Shown in pieces: positions 14,923-29,822 of a DNA stretch of 64,000 bases. The stretch's first letter is position 1, and each line of letters begins with the position of its first letter. The stretch comes from Eledone cirrhosa (lineage: Eukaryota), in assembly GCA_964016885.1 (NCBI GenBank), contig OZ024759.1, positions 32,860,001 to 32,924,000 on the forward strand, written 5' to 3'. Position numbers and translations under genes: made by a program. The notes beneath the pieces are model-generated. The model did no database searches. It saw only the letters and a list, made by a program, of their open reading frames with translations, and was not told where the DNA came from.

Positions 14923-15218
14923 CTTAGATTAAATTATAATTACACTCGTTATTCCTTACATTAAACTGCAACTATGTTGACACTCTTTAACTAACGTCTT
15001 CCTTGTGAATTTTGTGGTCTTGTTTTGCTTAACTAATGAATATTTTCAGCTCTGTGCACATAATCTCTGCATGAACCCAGCCTTCTAGCTGCCTTCCACT
15101 GCATATTGCACATCGAGCACATGCCTCTACGCTTTTGGCTTCTAACACCTTCACCAATCTCTCCTCTCCTCTCCTATCTCCATCTCTCTCTTTAAGATTG
15201 GTTTACTCTAGAACTGTG

Positions 15219-15220
<2 letters not shown>
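14504..15220 (+). mobile_element. Hammerhead-bearing element with inverted 5' segment and nested SINE fragment
   Basis: 14504-14545 is the reverse complement of 15002-15043; HHR at 14663-14783; SINE piece plus (ATT)n at 14794-14921; (TA)n flanks. Confidence 0.7.
14663..14783 (+). ncRNA. Type I hammerhead candidate with long stem II insertion
   Basis: CTGAAGA 14666-14672; stem II gctgctccata/tatggagtagc; GAAA 14769-14772; CAATTG palindrome; GTA 14778-14780; stem I only gtt/aac. Confidence 0.7.
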
Positions 15221-15262
<42 letters not shown>

Positions 15263-15299
15263 GCACATACGCACACTTATATTTATGTATATATAACTG

Positions 15300-15342
<43 letters not shown>

Positions 15343-15419
15343 GTATATATATATATATATATATACAAATACGTGTGAATGTTAATGTATTTTAGAATGA
15401 GTACTCAATACCGAAGCAC

Positions 15420-15910
15420 TGTCCTCTGTCCTCTGTCTACGAAGATAAATCACACCTGAAGATCGATGAAATCATACAAAATATATCGTTTCCAGAAACA
15501 AAATTCAAGTAGGAATATCGTTAAAAGTCTTCCAACTTTACTGTGTACATAGAAAAATCACGAGGCCAGATCGATATAACTACTGTCTACTGTCTACAGA
15601 GAAAAATCACACATGGAGATCGATAAATTTTACTGTCTGCTGTCTACAGAGAAACATTACGAGGGAAAATCAATAAATTTACTGTCTACTGTCTGCTATC
15701 TACTGAAAGAAATTCACGTGGGAAGATCGATATATTCTACTGTCTACTGACTCTTGAGAAAAATCACGTATTGAAATCAATAAATTGTACTACTGTCTCC
15801 TGTCTGTTGTCTACAGAGAAAAGTCACGTATTGAAATCAATAAATTCTACTACTGTCTACTGTCTGTTGTCTACAAAAGAAAAATCACACATGAAGATCA
15901 ATAAAATTCG
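15420..15910 (+). repeat. Degenerate minisatellite, ~45-60 bp units
   Basis: Recurrent aaaaatcac...aaatcaataaatt...tactgtctactgtctacagag, about 9 units. Confidence 0.8.
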
Positions 15911-16274
15911 CCAAAATTTTCCAGATGTCTGTATAGTCATCGATCAAATCAACAAGCATTGAAGACAAAACCGTTTGAAAAGCTATTATCGAAGTCCGAA
16001 GCTGATCAATTATGATTCAATTACGTGACAATTAGTGATTGAGAAAATTCAATTGTATTTCCATTTCAGGAAAACTATGTGTCATTTGCATAAAAAGCAG
16101 GAACGAATGTCTAATAATTTGCTCTAAGTTACGTGCAATTTGCTTTGATTTTTCAAATGTTATTGGTTAGCTCGGCATAATATTATTTTAGAAGTTTCTG
16201 TAGTACAAAGATATATTTAAAACGGTTGTGAGTAATATTGGTTTTTGTTTTTGGTAATTGGCACAACACCAAAT

Positions 16275-17100
16275 TATTGTTGCGATGGTGATTATGATGG
16301 GGCTAGCTATAATGGTAATTGTGATGATGATGGTTGTGATGGTGATGGTGATGCTGGTGATAGTGGCGGTGATGATGGTGGTGGTGGTGGTGGTACTGAT
16401 AGTGGTGATGGTGATGATGGTGGTGGTGGTGATGGTGATGATGGTGATTATGATGGTGCTGGCTATAATGGTAATTGTGATTATGATGGTTGTGATGGTG
16501 ATGGTGGTGGTGGTGATAGTGGTGATGGTGATGATGGTGATGGTGGTGGTGGTGCTGATAGTGGTGGTAGTGATGGAGGTGATGGTGGTGGTGGTGCTGA
16601 TAGTGGTGGTGGTGATGATGGTGGTGGTGGTGCTGATAGTGGTGATGGTGATGAAGGTGATGGTGGTGGTGGTGCTGATAGTGGTGGTGGTGATGATGGT
16701 GATGGTGGTGATGATGGTGATTATGATGGTTGTGATGGTGATGGTGATGATAGTGCTGATGAAGGCGATGGTGGTGATGATGATGGTGATGATAGTGCTG
16801 ATGAAGGTGATGGTGATCATAGAGGTGATGGTGATTATGCTGGCTAAGATGGTGCTGGTGATGGTGGTGGTTGGTGGTGGTTGGTGGTGCGGATAGTATG
16901 GATGGTGATGGTGATGGTGATGATGGTTGTGGCGATGATAATGATATTGCTGGTTATGATGGTAATGATGAAGATAGGGCTGATAGTCATGACGATGGTG
17001 ATGATGATGGCGATAGTTATGGTGATAATGATAGTGATAATGAGAGTGAAAGGGGATGGTAATGGAAGAGGTGATGGTGATGATGATGATGAAGGAAATG
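16275..17100. repeat. GAT/GGT trinucleotide low-complexity array
   Basis: Mixed (GAT)n/(GGT)n; open in several frames on both strands. Confidence 0.9.
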
Positions 17101-17809
17101 TCGTAGTTATAATCATTCTATGGAGGTGGAAGGTACAGGATCAAACCTGGAAGTTGATCTTAGTAAGACTTCAAGTACAGAAAGATAAGTCTTGTTTTAT
17201 TGATTCTGTCTCCTGTCAATCTAGCGTCTGTGAATCATGGCTGACATTAAGAAATGACATAAGCTATATATTATATATATATATATTATATATTATATAT
17301 ATCATATATATTATATATTATATATATTATATATATTATATATATATATATATTATATATTATATATATCATATATATTATATATTATATATATCATATA
17401 TATTATATATTATATATATTATATATAAGCTATATATTATATATATTATATATATATATATAGAGAGATATATATTATATATATAGAGATATATATTATA
17501 TATATATAGATATATATTATATATTATATATATTATATATATTATATATATTATATATATTATATATATTATATATAAGCTATATATTATATATATTATA
17601 TATATATATATAGAGATATATATTATATATATAGAGATATATATTATATATATAGAGATATATATTATATATATATAGATATATATTATATATATTATAT
17701 ATAAGCTATATATTATATATATATAGAGAGATATATATTATATATATAGAGAGATTTATATTATATATATAGAGATATATATTATATATTATATATATTA
17801 TATATAAGC

Positions 17810-17943
<134 letters not shown>

Positions 17944-17995
17944 TGAGAGTGATGGACAAAGTGACAGAGGAAGATGGAGAAATATATATATATAT

Positions 17996-18184
17996 AACGA
18001 AGGAAATGTGGCAAGGAACCAGGTGGACCATAAGGCACCAAAGTACTCAATACTAAGGGTAGTAGAGTGGGTAATAGGAACGAGGAGGACGCCGACGGCT
18101 GAGCTCAAGCCGTTTCGACGGCTAATTCTGGACTGAATTAGCCGTCGAAACGGCTTGAGTTCAGCCGTCGGGGTTATACTCGTT

Positions 18185-18189
<5 letters not shown>
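17996..18189 (-). mobile_element. Fold-back family A element
   Basis: Reverse-complement copy; palindrome 18074-18189 with several arm mismatches; (TA)n flanks. Confidence 0.85.
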
Positions 18190-18248
<59 letters not shown>

Positions 18249-18548
18249 GCGATAGATGAAAATTAGTGATAGATAGTGAAGGAGAAAGTTTGATGGAATC
18301 AAATAATAGGTTCCGTTCTATAACAAATATTTGTCAGGAGAAACAATGAAAGAAAGAGAGAGAGAGAGAGAGATAGAGTGAGAGAGTGAGAGAGTGAGAG
18401 AAAATAAGAGAGAGAGAGAATGAAATAGGAATAGGACTGAGAGTAAGTGAGTTAAATAGGAGAAAGAATGGCCTCATCAGCCAGTAACACTTCTAGAGTA
18501 GACGTGGATATCACACTTCCGGAATCTCTCCCTCTACACACACACACG

Positions 18549-18628
<80 letters not shown>

Positions 18629-18653
18629 TGTAATAAACGACATAAGATAAGTA

Positions 18654-18714
18654 TTTCATTTACCAGTGGTTTCTTGAAAGCAAACAAAATTTGCTTTCAG
18701 TCATCAGAATGAAA
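18654..18714 (-). ncRNA. Type I hammerhead ribozyme candidate
   Basis: tttcatt CTGATGA c-tgaaagcaaa ttttg tttgctttca-a GAAA ccactgg TA aatgaaa: 7-bp stem I, 10-bp stem II, GUA site; in a ~120 bp island between TA arrays. Confidence 0.82.
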
Positions 18715-18741
18715 AAATCGTGGTGTATTTATCGACAGTCG

Positions 18742-18802
<61 letters not shown>

Positions 18803-18944
18803 ATATATATATATATATATATACATATATATATGTATATATATTTGTATATATATATATATATATATACACGCACAAATATTTAATCAAACTGAGAGTG
18901 ATAGAGAACAAAGGAGAAAGAGAGTGTGCCAGGATGCGAAGATG

Positions 18945-19435
18945 GTTGTGGTCGGTGTGGTGGTGTAGTTAATGTGGTTGGTGTGGTGGTTGTGTGGTTG
19001 GTGTGGCTGGTGTGGTGGTGGTGTGCTTGGTGTGGCTGGTGTGGTGGTGGTGTAGTTGTGTGGCTGGTGTGGTGGCGGTGTGGTGATGTGGTTGTGCGGT
19101 GGTTGTGTGGTGGTGTAGTTAATGTGGTTGGTGTGGCTGGTGTGGTGGCGGTGTGGTGATGTGGTTGGTGTGGTGGTGGTGGTGTGCTTGGTCTGGCTGG
19201 TGTGGTGGCGGTGTGGTGATGTGGTTGTGTGGTTGTGTGGTGGTGGTGTGGTTGGTGTGGTGGCGGTGTGGCGATGTGGCTGTGTGGTTTTGTGGTGCTG
19301 GTGTGGTTGGTGTGGCTGGTGTGGTGGCGGTGTGGTGATGTGGTTGGTGTGGTGGTGGTGTGCTTGGTGTGGCTGGTGTGGTGGCGGTGTGGTGATGTGG
19401 TTGTGTGGTTGTGTGGTTGTGGTGTGGTTGGGTAT
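18945..19435. repeat. GGT/GT-rich degenerate tandem repeat
   Basis: Recurrent ggtgtggtggcggtgtggtgatgtggtt units. Confidence 0.9.
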
Positions 19436-21272
19436 GTTAAAGAAACGCAACAAAGAATATTGGAAAGGAAAGATTTAACAACCATCGTGTTTCTTGTAAT
19501 TCTTGTAAACAGAAAGATTTTGGCGATAATCTCAACAGTGAGGGAGAAAAAGAGAGACAGCTAAAGTGTGTGTATGAGAGAGAGAGAAAGAGAGATACGC
19601 TCACAAATACACAATATGAGAGAGAGATAGTGTGATATAAAAATATATATACACACATATATATATATATATAAAGAAAGAGAGTGATATAGAGAGTGAT
19701 TTATATATATATATATAGAGAGAGAGACAGAAAGAGAGAGGAGCAACACATTTAAAATGGCAGCCAATAATAGTGACTGGAGAAGATTGACATTTTTTCC
19801 TACTTATTTGGTTGAATGCCAAAATGAAAATGGCCGTTGGACATTGGCAGATAAAAACGTTTAAAGCAAAGATGCACGTCTAAGACTTCTTATATATTTA
19901 TGTGTGTTTGCGTGTGTGTGTGTTTGTGTGTATTTATGTGTGTTTGTGTGTATGTGTTTTTATGTGTATGTGAGCATATGTTGTAGTGTCTATGGCTGCT
20001 TAAATGTGAATATATATGTGTGTATGCTTGTGTGAATGTATATGGGATATAGGATGTAGATGTATGTATTTGTTGTGTATGTAAGTGGCTATATGTATAC
20101 GTGAGTCTGTATTTATGTTTTCAGGTATAATACAGGATGGACAAATAATAGCGGGCTAAGTCGGAATAAGTAGGGGTGGGGGTTGTAACACGTGGGGTTG
20201 GGGGTTGTAAAAAGTGGAGGGAGGGATTGGTAATTTTTCTAGGTCGTCTCCGTTGATTAAACAAAAAACCCAGAAATAGTCGTTTAATTTACATATTGAG
20301 ATTCCACCCCATCCTATTTATTTTATAACATATGGGATTTCTAGTTATGTACTTTTTTGTTATGAATGTTTTTTTTCATGCATAAAGAACAGACAATTTC
20401 ACCGCAGATTTCAATTTTTTTAAATATTTTGGAATTTAGAATTTCGGTGTTGCTATGACAACTACTGGAATACTCCAATGCTCGTCGACCATACGTTAAT
20501 TTCATGGACAGGCTGGCTGATTTCTGTTGAGAGAACAACTGAAACTTTCGTCATTGACGAAACCGACTGAGATCCATTCTATGTCATGTCATTCTATTCC
20601 ATCCCATTTCTAACAGGTTTTCTAGTGACAATTGGATACAAGGATGTATTTTAATTGGTTCATACGGCGACCGGGTGCCGGTAGTATTGGGTATTATTGG
20701 TTAACCGGGATAACATTTTGACACTTTAGTGTGAATGTGGCTTCTCAATTTCAAAACGACACCAATATCTGCAATGGAAGTCATTAACATTTGAGAATCG
20801 AATTAGCTTCCTTTTGCAAACGATTCCAACCAATTTTATCAATGGTAATTAAATGACAACAGTTGTATTGAACAATGACTAAGCAATATATAGATACAGA
20901 CAAATGTTCCCAGTTCAATATGATAGATCTTTACAGCTCCCAATATTACACTTCAATATATAAGAGCGGTAGTCTTATAAATGCTTTGCAATAGTCTGTT
21001 TTATGGATCTTACTAAAGGAAAAGTTTTTCTTAGATGACGCCATTTTGATATTGATGTTATTGTACATGTCACGTGATTAAAGTGTTTTAACTGAGTTAC
21101 TTTTAAGGAATAAATGAAAGAGAGAGAGAGAGACAGAGGAAGACGGGAGAAGGGGAGTGAGAGAGACAGAGAAGGGAGAGAGAGAGGAAGAAAAGAAGAG
21201 AGAGAAAAAGGGAGAAAAAGAGAGCGAGATAGATAAATAGATAGAAATAGCTTGATAGTTACAAATAATATA

Positions 21273-21362
<90 letters not shown>

Positions 21363-21371
21363 GAGAGAGAT

Positions 21372-21487
21372 ATGAAAGGCAAACTAACCTCGGCAGGATT
21401 TCAACACAGAACGCAGAACGTAAAGGAGCGTAACCCTATGCCATAAAGCATGTTGTCCGACAATCTACCGATACTGCAAATCCACCA
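21372..21487 (-). mobile_element. SINE type 1, 5' part
   Basis: atgaaaggcaaactaacctcggcaggatttcaacacag...accgatactgcaaatccacc matches other copies. Confidence 0.75.
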
Positions 21488-21513
21488 CTTCTCCATACAG
21501 CATATGAGAGAGA

Positions 21514-21569
<56 letters not shown>

Positions 21570-21674
21570 AAGAGAGATAGAGAGAGATAGAGAGAGAGTG
21601 TGATACACAAGATTGTTGTGAAAGATGTCCGTATTAGAGTAAATATTTTATTTTTTAATGTGAGGCAGTCATAT

Positions 21675-21810
21675 GATGGGGTTAGACTTAATGGGTAGAG
21701 TATTGGTCGTGTAATTGGGGGGCTGTGAGTCTCGGTTCTTGGGCCGGGTGGTTCGTTGTGTCCTTGAGCAAGAAACTTTATTTCACGATGCTCCAGTTTA
21801 CTCAGCTTTC
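21675..21810 (+). mobile_element. tRNA-derived SINE type 2 (CORE-like block)
   Basis: gttgtgtccttgagcaagaaactttatttcac...gctccagtttactcagct; related to 30290-30382 and 40993-41105. Confidence 0.7.
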
Positions 21811-21899
21811 TTTCTCTTTTTCTTACCGTCTTATCTTCTAATCTCTTTGCCCATAACTCTTCAATCTTAGTATTTGCTCGTTCCTCCATAACACACTTA

Positions 21900-23320
21900 C
21901 CACTGTTTCACCATTCCATTATTCCACCATTCTACTGATACCACCACGCCACCACACCACCACACCACTCCACCACCACACCGCACCACCTCACCACTCC
22001 ACCACCACACCACCACACCACCACACCACCATTCTACTCATACCACCACACCACCACACCACCTCACCACCACACCAACACACCACCATTCTACTCATAC
22101 TACCACACCATCACACCACCACACCACTCCACCACCACACCACCACACCACCACCACACCACCACTCCACCACACCACCACACCACCACACCACACCACT
22201 CCACCACCACACCACCTCACCACCACACCACCACACCACCACGCCACCATTCTACTCATACCACCACACCACCACACGACCACACTATCACACCACCTCA
22301 CCACCACACGACCACACGACCACACGACCACACCATCATTCTACTCATACTACCACACCACTCCACCATCACACCACGTCACCACCACACCACCACACCA
22401 CTCCACCACCACACCACTCCACCACCACACCACCTCACCACCACCACCATTCTACTCACACCACCACACCACTCCACCACCTCACCACCATTCTACTCAC
22501 ACCCCACACCACCACACCACCACACCACCACACCACTCCACCACCACACCACCACACCACCACCACACCACCACTCCACCACACCACCACACCACCACAC
22601 CACCACACCACTCCACCACCACACCACCTCACCACCACACCACCACACCACCACGCCACCATTCTACTCATACCACCACACCACCACACGACCACACTAT
22701 CACACCACCTCACCACCACACGACCACACGACCACACCATCATTCTACTCATACTACCACACCACCACACCACTCCACCATCACACCACGTCACCACCAC
22801 ACCACCACACCACTCCACCACCACACCACTCCACCACCACACCACCTCACCACCACCACCATTCTACTCACACCACCACACCACTCCACCACCTCACCAC
22901 CATTCTACTCACACCCCACACCACCACACCACCACACCACCACACCTCACACCACCATTCTACTTATACCACCACACCACCACACCACACCACCACACCA
23001 CCTCACCACCACACCACCACACAACCATTCTACTCATACCACCACACCACTCCACCACCACACCACCATTCTACTTATACCACCCACACCACCACACCAC
23101 CTCACCACCATACACCACACCACCACCACACCACACCACCACACCACCACACCACCACACCACCACCACACACCACACCACCTCACCACCATACCACCAC
23201 ACCACCACCACACCACACCACCACACCACCACACCACCACACCACCACCACACCACCACACCACCACACCACCATACCACCACACCACCACACCACCACA
23301 CCACCATTCTACACATACCA
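21900..23320. repeat. CCA/CACAC-rich tandem array with ~410 bp internal duplication
   Basis: Units punctuated by ccattctactca; block at ~22248 recurs at ~22660. Confidence 0.9.
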
Positions 23321-23626
23321 CTATTACATCATATTCCAGTATTACAGAATTAACAACTCTAAAGACGCCAGTGAATTACCAGCGAGTGAGATAGATAGTT
23401 ATGGACAGATCTAAAGAAGCGACATGATCGACATCAAAGGATGCCGCTTAATTAAGGTGAAAATAAAGTAAGTATTTATTTGTCGCCTTGTGAAAATTGT
23501 TGATTTCAGATTTCTTAGTAAAAGCGTAAAATTGCGAAAATCGACACCCCGGATAGATTGTGTAATGAAGCCAAACTCACTATACACTCGCTAATAGACG
23601 ACCAGATTATATACGTTCTCTGTCAG

Positions 23627-23778
<152 letters not shown>

Positions 23779-23809
23779 TATAACTTCTGTATATATATAT
23801 ATATGTATG

Positions 23810-23872
<63 letters not shown>

Positions 23873-23983
23873 CTTCTGTATATATATATGTATGTATGTA
23901 TATATATATATATATATATAACTTCTGTATATATATTTATATATATATATATACATACATGATTGTAAATATGTATGTATTTA

Positions 23984-24033
<50 letters not shown>

Positions 24034-24049
24034 AAATATATATATATAA

Positions 24050-24204
<155 letters not shown>

Positions 24205-24504
24205 TATATATTATAAAGTGAAATATATGTATGCAGGTATGTATATATATATATATATATGTAAATATGTATGTAAGATTATATATATGTATACATACAT
24301 GAGTGCATGTATGTATATGAATGTGTGTGTGCTATATACATACTTATTTATAAGTATATATAATAATATATACTTATAATAATGTGTAGATATACGTACA
24401 AGCAAATGTAATAAGTTTACTCTACCCCATACACAGGTATACACAATCCATAAGCACATATCTCCATGTATGTATATGTACGTGCGAACGTGTGCGTGTA
24501 TATG

Positions 24505-24592
<88 letters not shown>

Positions 24593-24593
24593 C

Positions 24594-24636
<43 letters not shown>

Positions 24637-24668
24637 GCTATCTATGAATGCGTTTCACTGTATATATG

Positions 24669-24771
<103 letters not shown>

Positions 24772-24822
24772 ATATATATCTATCTATCTAGCTAGCTATC
24801 TATGAATGTGTTTCACTGTATA

Positions 24823-24859
<37 letters not shown>

Positions 24860-24949
24860 ATCTATCTATCTAGCTATCTATCTAGCTATCTATGAATGCG
24901 TTTCACTGTATATATGTATGCATGTATATATATATATGTATATATATAT

Positions 24950-25553
24950 GTCAGGTCACCAGTTGGTGCTACTGGTAACATGTATCCCAGTACAACCTGT
25001 CCCATGGTCGGGTCGTTGGCGACTAAACTGGCAACCCCACCAAGGTTTCTTGGTGAGGAGGGTGACTTTGGACATCCTGCAGGACTAAAAACAAAACCTG
25101 GCAAAGGAGCTCTTAAGAGCCAATGGCCATCCAAAATCACCGGGAGAGATGACCCCTTAGCCTTTGTCAAGGCAGAATTCTAAGAGAAGGAAAACTCTGA
25201 TATAACACCTGCAACCCTGATGGTATCCAATGATGTTGACTTATTCTTCTTTTTGGTAAATATCATCTTGGTTAAGAGAGTGGGACTGGCTTTGTGCAGT
25301 GCCTTTGCTCACTATAAAAGCTTCACGGCACAGGCATTGCTTTATATCTGGAGATCTCTCTACACTTGTCGTCACATGGTACCAAAGGCCCAACACTATG
25401 TGTCAATAATTGTCACAGGTGTAGTGTTTGTACCAGAGTTTTCAAGTCGCTGGCTGGACTAAAAGTCACACTTGTTTAGCGCATCGGTAGGGGTTCTCCT
25501 ACATGGATATAAAGTAGTGGCCGTACTCGAAAACGAGTTGGCAGCCACCACCA
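24950..25553 (+). mobile_element. Bipartite RTE-derived non-autonomous element, family B (full length)
   Basis: RTE-5'UTR-like gagaaggaaaactctga; 3' part encodes a C2H2-finger relic and ctcg-aaaa-cgag hairpin; high identity with 33240-33846; (TA)n flanks. Confidence 0.75.
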
Positions 25554-25556
25554 TAT

Positions 25557-25605
<49 letters not shown>

Positions 25606-26378
25606 ATATATATCTAGCTATCTGTGAATGTGTTTCACTGTATATATGTATGCATGTATGTATGCATCTACCCCTATATATACACTTAACTATCTATGAA
25701 TGTATATGTGAGTGTATATCTGTGTGTATGCGAGTGTGCCTATGTTTGTGTATCTGAGTGTATGTGTGTGCGTCTGTCTCTGTATCTGAGTATGTCTCTG
25801 TGTGTTTGTGTCTGTGTGTGCATATGTCAGTGTGTCTGTGTATGTCTGTGAGTGTGTCTGTATGTGCATATGTGTATGTATTAGTGTGTCTATGTGTGTA
25901 CATATATATATTAGTGTGTCTATGTGTGTACATATATATATTAGTGTGTGTGAGTGTGTCTGTATGTGCATATGTGTATATATTAGTGTGTCTATGTGTG
26001 TACATATATATATTAGTGTGTGTGAGTGTGTCTGTATGTGTATATGTGTATATATTAGTGTGTCTATGTGTGTACATATATATATTAGTGTGTCTGTGAG
26101 TATGTTTCAGTGTGCATATGTGTATATATCAGTATGTGCATATGTGTGTGTGTGTCTGTGTGTGTATATATCAGTGTGTTTGTGTGTGTATGTGTGTTTG
26201 TGTGTGTATGAATGTTTGTGTGTGTATTTCAGTATGTCTGTGTGTGCATATGTGTATATATCAGTGTGTATGTGTGTGTATATATCAGTGTGTGTGTATG
26301 TATATATATATCAGTGTCTCTGTATATATATATATATATATCAGTGTGTCTGTATATATATAAATATATATATATATG

Positions 26379-26442
<64 letters not shown>

Positions 26443-26446
26443 TGTG

Positions 26447-26522
<76 letters not shown>

Positions 26523-26526
26523 TGTG

Positions 26527-26600
<74 letters not shown>

Positions 26601-27829
26601 TGTGTCTGTGTATATATATATATATATATATCAGTGTGTGTGTACATATATATATATATATATATATCAGTATGTCTGTGTGAGTATGTCTATATAGTTA
26701 TATAGTTAAAGACGGCAAACTATATCAATCTTCTTTGTACGATGGCGGAGATTTGTTTTAGATAGTTTATAAGTTGTTCAAATTGAGTTGGTGTCGTCTC
26801 AATTAGGGGGCTACACGAGAGTGGAGCTGCCAAGGGTAGGGAACTATATTTCTCGCTTTTCCGCCATTTTACCTTGATTTCATTTTCGGCGTAATCGACG
26901 AGAAATTACTCGGTTCTCACTTTTCTTGGGAACATCAATCAAACGGACTGTAATAGTTTCAAGAAAGCAATTCCTCGAAAATGATCAGGAATGATCAGAA
27001 ATCATCAGTGATCAATGATCAATGACTTAATATCATGTAGAATAAATGTCTAAAGAGACATATATCTATATATGCATCTATATACACTTGTCATCATAAA
27101 CACACGCATATATATATATACACTTCTCGCGTAATCAGCTCAACAATCTTCTCAAAATAATTTTGAAGAGGTGTGTTTATATATGTCTGTATGTGTGTAT
27201 GTATGTATGTATGTATGTATGTATGTATGTATGTATGTATGTATGTATGTATGTATGTATGAATGTGTGTGAATGGATGTGTGTGTGTGTGTGTGTGTAC
27301 GTATGTATGTATGTATTTACGTATGCATATATGCGGGTATATTTGTATCAACGTATGTATATATGCAGGTACATATGTATATATAGGAAATATAAATGTA
27401 TGACATTTTGAGAACACTTACATACAAACACAAATATATACATACATACATACTCACACACACACATACACACATATATACACACACATATATATATACA
27501 TACATATACACACACCCACATACATATACATATACAGTTGACACGGGGTCACGATACAAAATCTGTTCTTCTGTATCAAGACAGATACGGTGTCATTTAA
27601 AGGAGAATTTGGCTGCTATTTCTAGCGTTTCCAGCTATTACGTTGAGCTCACAAAATTGTAGATATAGACGGTGCCCCAGCATGACCTCAGTCTGACCTC
27701 ACACTGTAACAGGTAAATGAATAATAGAGAATACTTGCTCTGGAATTGGACCCACGATCCTTCATGTCATACAGGCTGCCACAAAGAAAGGAAGTTATTC
27801 TATAAATAGTGTCTGAAAATTACGTTGTG

Positions 27830-28250
27830 TGGATATTACGTTACGTAATTATGACGTCGTGAGATCATGACGTTGTGAGATCATGACGTCGTGTGATTAT
27901 GACGTCGTGTGATTATGACATCATGTGATTATGACGTCGTGTGATTATGACGTCGTGTGATTATGACGTGTAATTACGACGTCGTGTGATTATGACGTCG
28001 TATGATTATGACGTCGTGTGATTATGGTGTTGTGAAATTGTGGCGTCGTGTGGTTATGACGTTGCCTTATTAAGACGTATTCATATTATGACGTAGTGCT
28101 ATTATGACGTTATGATGTGACGTTGTTGTATTATGACGTTTTGATGTGACGTAAGTATTATGGCGTTATGATGTGACGTAGTATTATGCCGGTATGATGT
28201 GACGTTCTCTGATCATGACGTTTTGATGTCGTGACGTTGTCTGATTATGT
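27830..28250. repeat. 16-bp TGACGT-containing minisatellite
   Basis: Unit attatgacgtcgtgtg, changing to a composite attatgacgttatgatgtgacgt unit; about 20 TGACG sites. Confidence 0.9.
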
Positions 28251-28507
28251 GAAATTATGTATGTTTATGAGCTTGCGACACAAAGGTGGAAAGTCATTTA
28301 CCTGTCACCATATTTCTTTATTAACAACACATCAGAACACACTGTGTTGATCTCATACTCGTGCTAGCGACTTAAGACCCTCTGCCTGTTGGCACGGTGG
28401 TGTATATATACATATATATATATATGAATAAATATATATGCATACACATACACACACAAATATATATATATATATATATGAAAAAATATATATGCATACA
28501 TACACTT

Positions 28508-28554
<47 letters not shown>

Positions 28555-28660
28555 GACACACATATAAATATATATATATATATATGTACGTATGTTTGTT
28601 TGTTTGGAACTTAACTAGACAATTCCTGATAGAGAAGCTACTACTACTGTTACTACGACC

Positions 28661-28723
<63 letters not shown>

Positions 28724-28733
28724 GCTGCTGCTG

Positions 28734-28768
<35 letters not shown>

Positions 28769-28769
28769 G

Positions 28770-28818
<49 letters not shown>

Positions 28819-29227
28819 AGTAATTCCTACCCTATCAATCACAGACCCTGCATCACCGCTTATAATGCTATAATGTTTTGGAAAACCCCGAATCTCCATC
28901 TGCCAACGTTAATGTCAAAATCATGGAAATAGATTACCTAAATCATTAATGTAAAGAAGGAGCCTAACATTCTTAGGCATATCTCGAGTAGCTATATGAT
29001 AGAACAGCTATGTATACATACTGTGTGTGTATATATATATATATGAGTGTGTGTGTTTATATATAGATTATATATATATTTATATATATATATATATATT
29101 ATATATATATATATTTATATATATGTGTATGTATATATATATATATATGTATGTATAGATATATATATGTATATATATATATATATGTATGTATATATAT
29201 ATATGTATATATATATGTATATATATG

Positions 29228-29261
<34 letters not shown>

Positions 29262-29384
29262 TGTATATGTATATATATGTTATATATATATGTATATATA
29301 TATATTATATATATTTATATATATGTGTGTATGTATATATATATATATATCATATATATATATATATTTATATATGTGTGTATG

Positions 29385-29415
<31 letters not shown>

Positions 29416-29452
29416 GTGTGTATGTATATATATATATTTATATATATGTGTG

Positions 29453-29492
<40 letters not shown>

Positions 29493-29555
29493 AATGTGTG
29501 TATATATATATATATATATACATACATATATATAAATATATATATATATATACAT

Positions 29556-29677
<122 letters not shown>

Positions 29678-29717
29678 ATATAAATACATATATATAAATA
29701 TATATATATATATACAT

Positions 29718-29752
<35 letters not shown>

Positions 29753-29755
29753 CAT

Positions 29756-29788
<33 letters not shown>

Positions 29789-29791
29789 CAT

Positions 29792-29822
<31 letters not shown>

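Noticed and set aside
15420-15910. Repeat/spacer-like periodicity, and CTGAAGA...GAAA at ~15456
   Set aside because: Degenerate minisatellite with no unique spacers or cas genes; the HHR-like match lacks stems I and III.
16245-16847. Gly/Asp-rich 200-aa ORF resembling a biomineralisation or structural protein
   Set aside because: Trinucleotide array open in several frames and strands; no signal peptide or splice evidence.
18470-18490. CTGATGA on the minus strand
   Set aside because: No downstream GAAA or stem II.
23340-23473. Possible exon (ttccag acceptor, GTAAGT donor)
   Set aside because: Stops in all three frames; a non-coding exon cannot be supported without RNA data.
24896-25462. Recurrent ORFs (RSPVGATGNM..., MVSNDVDL...) at three loci
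   Set aside because: They recur because family B is repeated; indels and stops differ between copies.
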